Assembly (NCBI GenBank): GCA_951406725.2
Contig: OX597832.1
Span: forward strand, 21,390,001-21,454,000
Source: Octopus vulgaris
Lineage: Eukaryota
Direction: 5' to 3'
Length of the DNA stretch: 64,000 nucleotides
A model generated the notes under the pieces. That model did no database searches. It had not been told where the DNA came from and worked only from the letters and a program-made list of their open reading frames with translations. Below are positions 56,926 through 64,000 of the stretch, piece by piece (position 1 is the stretch's first letter; the number at the start of each line of letters is the position of its first letter). The position numbers were made by a program, and so were the translations under genes.

Positions 56926-57113
56926 TGAGATTGAGGGAGAGAGAGAAGTGTGTGTGTGTGTGTGTGTGTGCGTACGGGAGGGAGAAGCGTGAATGAGGTG
57001 GCGGGGCAAAGAGGGAGTGAAAAAGAAGGAAAGATGCGGAGCAATAAAAAGGCAAATGTCTATAAATGAAATATGAGATTCTACAAACACGCACAAGCAC
57101 ATCCCCACCCACA

Positions 57114-57150
<37 letters not shown>

Positions 57151-57174
57151 ACACACATACACATACGTACATGT

Positions 57175-57227
<53 letters not shown>

Positions 57228-57468
57228 ATTATGAAGTCATTGATACTCTTAGCATCTCACTGTCTCTTTCTTTCTCTTTACCTCCCTCCTGCTTTATTGA
57301 TCTGTATATGTGTATGTTTTTATGCATATATATATGTGTGTGTATATACATATACATATGTGTATACATATGTATGTATATATGTATATATATATATATA
57401 TATTCGTACATATATGCACCTATATATGTATAAGCAGATAACTACATATATACTTATTTACGCAAATA

Positions 57469-57506
<38 letters not shown>

Positions 57507-57520
57507 TATTATATATATAT

Positions 57521-57560
<40 letters not shown>

Positions 57561-57605
57561 TTCGTTCGTATATACTTACATGTATATATGCTTATATATA
57601 TTTAC

Positions 57606-57636
<31 letters not shown>

Positions 57637-57801
57637 TATATATATATACCCATATATATAATATAGATATATTTGTACAGTTATGCATCATTGGCACAAA
57701 CAATAACGCCAAAATGAGATAAATGAATACATGAATAAAAATAAATCGAATACAAATATTAATACACACACACACATATATATACATACATATATACATA
57801 T

Positions 57802-57840
<39 letters not shown>

Positions 57841-58321
57841 CGTACATCATATACATAGATATATCACATACGTACAAAACATTGAAAAACCTCTCTTCTC
57901 TGCTCCTTTTGTATCATATAAAGCGGTATTGTGTCAGCTGTATAATACATAATGGTTATTTATATTGACCATTATTTCAGAAGATCTGACGATAAAAAAG
58001 AATGGAGAACTAAATAAGTATGGAGACCCCAAAGGACAAGAATATTGTGTGAAAAAGAAGACACCCTAGTATGACTTTGTTCCATACAAAATGCTTTTTC
58101 GTTGCTTGTTTAATATTTCGTTGTTGTTGTTGTTGTTGTTTTATATATTTAGTGTGTAGTTGGGGGTAGGGAAACATTACTTTTTTTCTATTCCACTTAT
58201 TTCCTATCTATACATACTTACATACACATATATACGTGTATATGCATGTATATGTGTGTATGTATGTACATATATATATATATATATATTATATATTATG
58301 TATATATGTGTGTGTGCATAA

Positions 58322-58354
<33 letters not shown>

Positions 58355-58385
58355 TATACATACACACACACATACATTTATATAC

Positions 58386-58430
<45 letters not shown>

Positions 58431-58592
58431 GTCGCACACACATACATATATATATATATACACACACACATTTGGCCACAAAGACTAGATACCCAGACAC
58501 ACAGATATATACAACAAACTTTAAATATCTCTTTATAAACATATGCATGTGTATGTGTGTGTATAAATATATATATATATACATATATATAC

Positions 58593-58686
<94 letters not shown>

Positions 58687-59104
58687 GTACAGTATGTATG
58701 TGCATATACGCACACACATACGCACAGAGCGAAAGAAAAGGGAAGAAGAGAAACGTTGTTACTTTGAAAAAAGTTATAAAACTGTGTCTGAATGAATATG
58801 TGTCTGTCTGAAATGTTATACCTAACTTGCTTTGTAATTTGGATGCATAGAGATATAGGACAATATATGTATACATATCCTTTTACATATAGTTATATAG
58901 ATATACACATACATGCATACTCATATATATATAGAGAGAGAGAGGCGTATATATATATATATACATAGACATGCATATATATTTATATGCATATATGTAT
59001 ATGTATTTGTATGTGTATCAAATGATAGATAGATATACAGATAGATAGATAGATAGTTAGATAGATAGATAGACAGACAGATATAAATAGATAGATAGAT
59101 ATAC

Positions 59105-59155
<51 letters not shown>

Positions 59156-59172
59156 CAGACAGATATAAATAA

Positions 59173-59247
<75 letters not shown>

Positions 59248-59729
59248 CATTGATAGACAGATAGATGCATTCATATATACATACATTCAGGCATTGTAAA
59301 ACATACGCAAGCATACAAGTGTATATACGTACTTACAAACATACATGAGAATAAACGGAAATATATATTATTACTTATATATTTATACACACTTCCATAC
59401 ATACGTACTCATGTAAGGATTAAATCTATTATGTTAATATGACAAAAAACTGTGTTTTCATACATATATAACTTAGAAAGATATGTTTTTAATTCTATAC
59501 GCTAACCTGATATACACATATGTATGTGTGTATTCACACTCATGCATATACACTCACATAACATATGTACCTATATATATACACGTGGGTTGACAAACAT
59601 GGCTACATGGGTATAGGTATTTTGCATTTGTGTTACATATTCTTACCTGTTTCACCCATTACACTGTGAGCATGCTGGTGCAATACATACACACAAACTC
59701 ACACACACATATATATATATATACATATA

Positions 59730-59885
59730 TACGATGGGCTTCTTTCAGTTTCCGTCTACCAAATCCACTCACAAGGCTTTGGTCGGCCCGAGGCTATAGA
59801 AGACACTTGCCCAAGGTGCCACGCAGTGGGACTGAACCCAGAACCATGTGGTTGGTAAACAAACTACTTACCACACAGCCACTAC
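59730..59885 (-). mobile_element. SINE family A head
   Basis: Minus GTGGCTGTGTGGTAAG..GGGTTCAGTCCCACTGCGTGGCACCTTGGGCAAGTG..GAAACTGAAAGAAGCCC. Confidence 0.85.
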
Positions 59886-59890
59886 TGTGC

Positions 59891-59931
<41 letters not shown>

Positions 59932-60083
59932 TATATATTTACGGATACACACATATACAAATATAGATATAGATATACAGATATAGATACAAAATATATT
60001 TGTAGGCATATAGATATCCATACACACATCCACACACACACGTACACATACGTACACATACACATCAACAGACACAGTAGAGC

Positions 60084-60139
60084 TTGTGTCTTCTATTACT
60101 CGTAGTTTCTCGTTCGCGATCTTCAGGCAACGTTCACAA
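60084..60139 (-). ncRNA. Hammerhead-like motif with weakened stem I
   Basis: UUGUG AACG UUGC-CUGAAGA-UCG CGAA CGA-GAAAC UACGA GUA^AUAG AAGA CACAA. Confidence 0.5.
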
Positions 60140-60703
60140 TGCTCCCCCCCCCTGCATAACAATATTGGATATTTATTCCGTTTTATTGCATTTCCCACTC
60201 GTCTGATAGTAACGTCCATTATCTGTATCTCCGTGCCTGCGTGTCTGTACGTGTATGTCTGTGTGATTCTGTCTGTGTACATACATGCGTGTATTTGTGT
60301 GTGTATGTGTGTGTGTGTGTGTGTGTGTTTGTGTGTGCATTTTTGTGCGTGTATGTTGACTTGTTGTAATTCAAATGGTATTTGTCTGTTTTGGTTGAAT
60401 TTGTAGTGTCGGTGGAGGCGGCAGCAACGGTGGTTGCAGTGGTGATGGTGGTGGTGATGGTGGTGGTGATGGTGGTGGCGGTGTAGTGATGGTAGAGGTG
60501 GCGGGAGTTCAGCCTTGGTTGAGTGTTTAAGCATACGTTTACTTATATACAGCCTCTATATTGATGTATATACACACACACATATAATGGTACACATACA
60601 CACACACATATATATATATACATACATACATGTATATATACATATATATATACACACACACACACACATACATATATATATTTATATATATTATATATAT
60701 ACA

Positions 60704-60743
<40 letters not shown>

Positions 60744-61734
60744 ATATATATATATGCAGGAAATACTTTGTGGATTTGCGTGTATGTGAGTGAGTGTTAT
60801 GTAGACCTTTGTATGTGTTCATGTGTGTGTGTGTGTTTGTATGTGTGTGCGTGTGTATTAGGTATGTACAAATATAACATCACACACATACATATGTATT
60901 CTTGTTTAAGTGGATATAAATGAAAAAAAAAACAGAAACAAGTAAAAAATGAAAAAGTGCATCATATTAAAATGATACGACTATACACACATCCTAACAC
61001 ACACACACACACATACACACGTACATATATAATCATTTATTTATTCATTTATATATTTATACGAATCTTTAGTTAGCAGACGATATCAAGCCGAACCGAC
61101 ATATCTAGGGTAACTTTACTATGCAGCAGACAACAACAAAAAATAACTTATATATACTATAAAAGTATTGTAATAAAAGGATAGCGAAATAGAAATAACT
61201 CTGCAAAAAAAAACAGACAAAATATATATATTCATATGAAAGGCACAATGAGAATATAAAAATAAGGGATATATAAACAGAAACCCTTCAATTATTATAG
61301 GTGTATTGCTTTCATTCGATTTTTTTTCCCCTCGTAAATGCCTTGAACAACACCGAATACAAAAAAATCACGCCGACATTGTAAGAGAGACAATACGTGA
61401 AAATATGCATTGTATACTGTCGTCTGCAGTAAATGGTGAGGATATATAGTCTATTGTATATAATGGAGAGGTATATCAATAACATAATAAAACTGGTTTT
61501 ACTTGTACAGTTATCTTTTCTTTTTATGTTATGTATGAAATATATACGTATGTTTGTGTGTATGTATGTATGTGTGTGCATGCTATGTATGTATGTGTGT
61601 TTGTATGTAAGCTATGTATATGAAGTATATGTACACGTGGTACGTCTGTGTAAATATACACATATATATATATATATGTTTATGTATGTGTACGTACTTA
61701 TTCATATATGTATGTATGTATATATATATATGTG

Positions 61735-61766
<32 letters not shown>

Positions 61767-61884
61767 TGTATGTATGTATGTATGTATGTATGTATGTATG
61801 TATGAGTGTGTGTTTAATGTATGTATATAAGTGAAAGTGTATATATATGCATACGCATATATATATATACATGCATACTCAATT

Positions 61885-61921
<37 letters not shown>

Positions 61922-61979
61922 GTATATACTCATGTATATACATACACATACACCCACACACGAATATACATATACAATA

Positions 61980-62044
<65 letters not shown>

Positions 62045-63212
62045 AGCGTGTATGAATGTATGTATGAATATATGTATGTATATATGTATATGTATGTATA
62101 TGTATATATATGTATGTATGTGTGTGTGTGTGTATGGACAAAGAATCTTATCAATGAGGCTGGTATATATGAGATGAATTTTTGTTTGGAACAGTAACAC
62201 AAAGAATTGTAATGATGGTTAAAACGAGAGGATATTAAAAAACAAAATGTTGTCGATATACGAGAGGGTCAGCTGCAACGCTCATGCACTGACCAAGATA
62301 TCATGGTGCAGCGTGATCGAATGAGGTTTATTCGTCAACACAGACCCACTTGCGTTCCACAGACTTTTTTCATTGGTCTTACTGCGCTTTGATCTCATTC
62401 GGCAAGGCAGTTTTCATCCCGTTGGTCAAAAAAGCCATCAACAGTAGATAAGACATCATCATTCTTGTGATACTGGTCCCAAACAAGGTGTTTGTTTGTT
62501 TTTATGTTGCTCCAGTCCATTCAGCTGTCCAAAAAGTGATCCTGCGACGGACCGGCATCAGAAAAAACGGGAAACCGGCCCTATGAATCTGTGTGACTCG
62601 GGAAGGACTTTTATCCTTTATTCTATCTCCTAGAAGGATGCTATGACAACAGCTAGGGTTCCCTCACTTCTGGTGGGTTTTTCTGTGAGCCCTGCCACCA
62701 ACCAAGAGTATTTCTACGCCCCCTCACTCCGATGGATTGTCATCACATATGCTAATTATCCCATAGCTGGACCCCTGATACAGTAGGGAGCTAAATCGGG
62801 ATGAACATCCAGTTCAAAGCCACAGTCACGCACAGCAGCCAGTGGAACCAAAGACTTATGTGATGGAGCCTAGTCCTTATGAAACCAAACCCTTATGCAG
62901 TTATCAATAAGACGAGTTGAAATTAATACATGCAAGATTTCACAGCTCTAGCATCACTCCTTCATAGTCACCCTACGAACTTTTCGGTCCTCCATCGTAT
63001 ATTAAGATACATAAGCATATTTTAAACATCTCTTCTCCGGAAATGGTGGGTGTTTTTAGTTACTGCATTTGTAATTTTTCTTGCGTAATCGCGTCATCAA
63101 CTATAAACAAAATCAGGAACATTTAACATTTACCATTACTTATATAGCAAGCAGCAAATTAATTATTTCGTAATATATGTGACATATTTATTCTTATAAT
63201 TACTGTAATGTA

Positions 63213-64000
63213 TAAGGCAGCAAGCTGGAAGTAATCGTTAGCGCTCTGGACGAAATACTTAGCAGTGTTTCGTCTGGCTTTACGTTCTGAGTTCAAATTT
63301 CTCCGAGGTCAACTTTGCTTTTCATCTTTTCGGGGTCGATGAATTAAGTACCAGTTGCGTACGGGTTTCGATCTAATCGACAGAACCCCTCCAGAAAAAT
63401 TTCGGACCTTGTGCCCAGGGTAGATATACTAACTAAGAATATATGTGATAGAGTTAGCATGTTGGACATGATGCTTAGCGGTGTTTCGCCCGTCTTTACG
63501 TTTTGAGTTTAAATTGCTCCGAGATCGACTTTGCCTTTCATCCTTTCGGGGTCGCTAAATTAAGTACCAGTTGCGTACTGGTTTCGATCTAATCGACTGG
63601 ACCCCTCCACAAAAATTTCTGGCCTTGTGCCTAGAGTATAAAAGAATACATGTGACATATTTATCCTTATAATTACTGTAATGTATGAAGTGGCGAGCTG
63701 ACAGAGTCGTTAGCACGCTGGATGAAATGCTTAGCAGTATTTCGTCTGCCGCTACGCTCTGAGTTCAAATTTCTGCCGAGGTCGACTTTGCCTTTCCTTT
63801 CATCCTTTCGGGGTCGATTAAATAAGTACTAGTTACGCACTGGAGTCGATATAATCGACTTAATCCGTTTGTCTGTCTGTGTTTGGCCCCTTGTGGGTAG
63901 TAAAGAAATAGGTATTTCGCCCGTCTTTACGTTCTGAGTTCAAATTTCTCCGAGGTCGACTTTGCCTTTTATCATTTCGGGGTCGATAAAACGAGTACCA
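63213..64000 (+). mobile_element. Tandem array of four SINE family B cores
   Basis: Cores start at ~63213, 63450, 63688 and 63910; flank GTGACATATTTAT.CTTATAATTACTGTAATGTAT is duplicated at ~63179 and ~63652. Confidence 0.85.

Overview
Eukaryotic, repeat-saturated non-coding DNA. The microsatellite load (TA, GATA, TAA, GGT, CAT, CATA) and the SINE, Dong-R4 and Penelope content suggest an octopus-like cephalopod; this is an inference, not a database result. No host protein-coding gene can be supported, and nearly all ORFs in the track are microsatellite read-through. Recognisable content: decayed retroelements (R4/Dong, CR1-like, RTE-like, two Penelope-like GIY-YIG types), several tRNA-derived SINE families, a fold-back mariner MITE family, and Helitron and piggyBac-like remnants. 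The most striking signal is a dense and diverse set of hammerhead-ribozyme modules, mostly lodged in or next to microsatellites. Two have intact canonical cores (4702-4785 minus; 29930-30015 plus). The first lies in a ~460-bp direct-repeat unit whose end coincides with the predicted self-cleavage site, which makes it retrozyme-like. There is also a G3:C8 core variant (54241-54291) and about eight minimal or decayed copies. All structures were paired by eye, and element boundaries are approximate.
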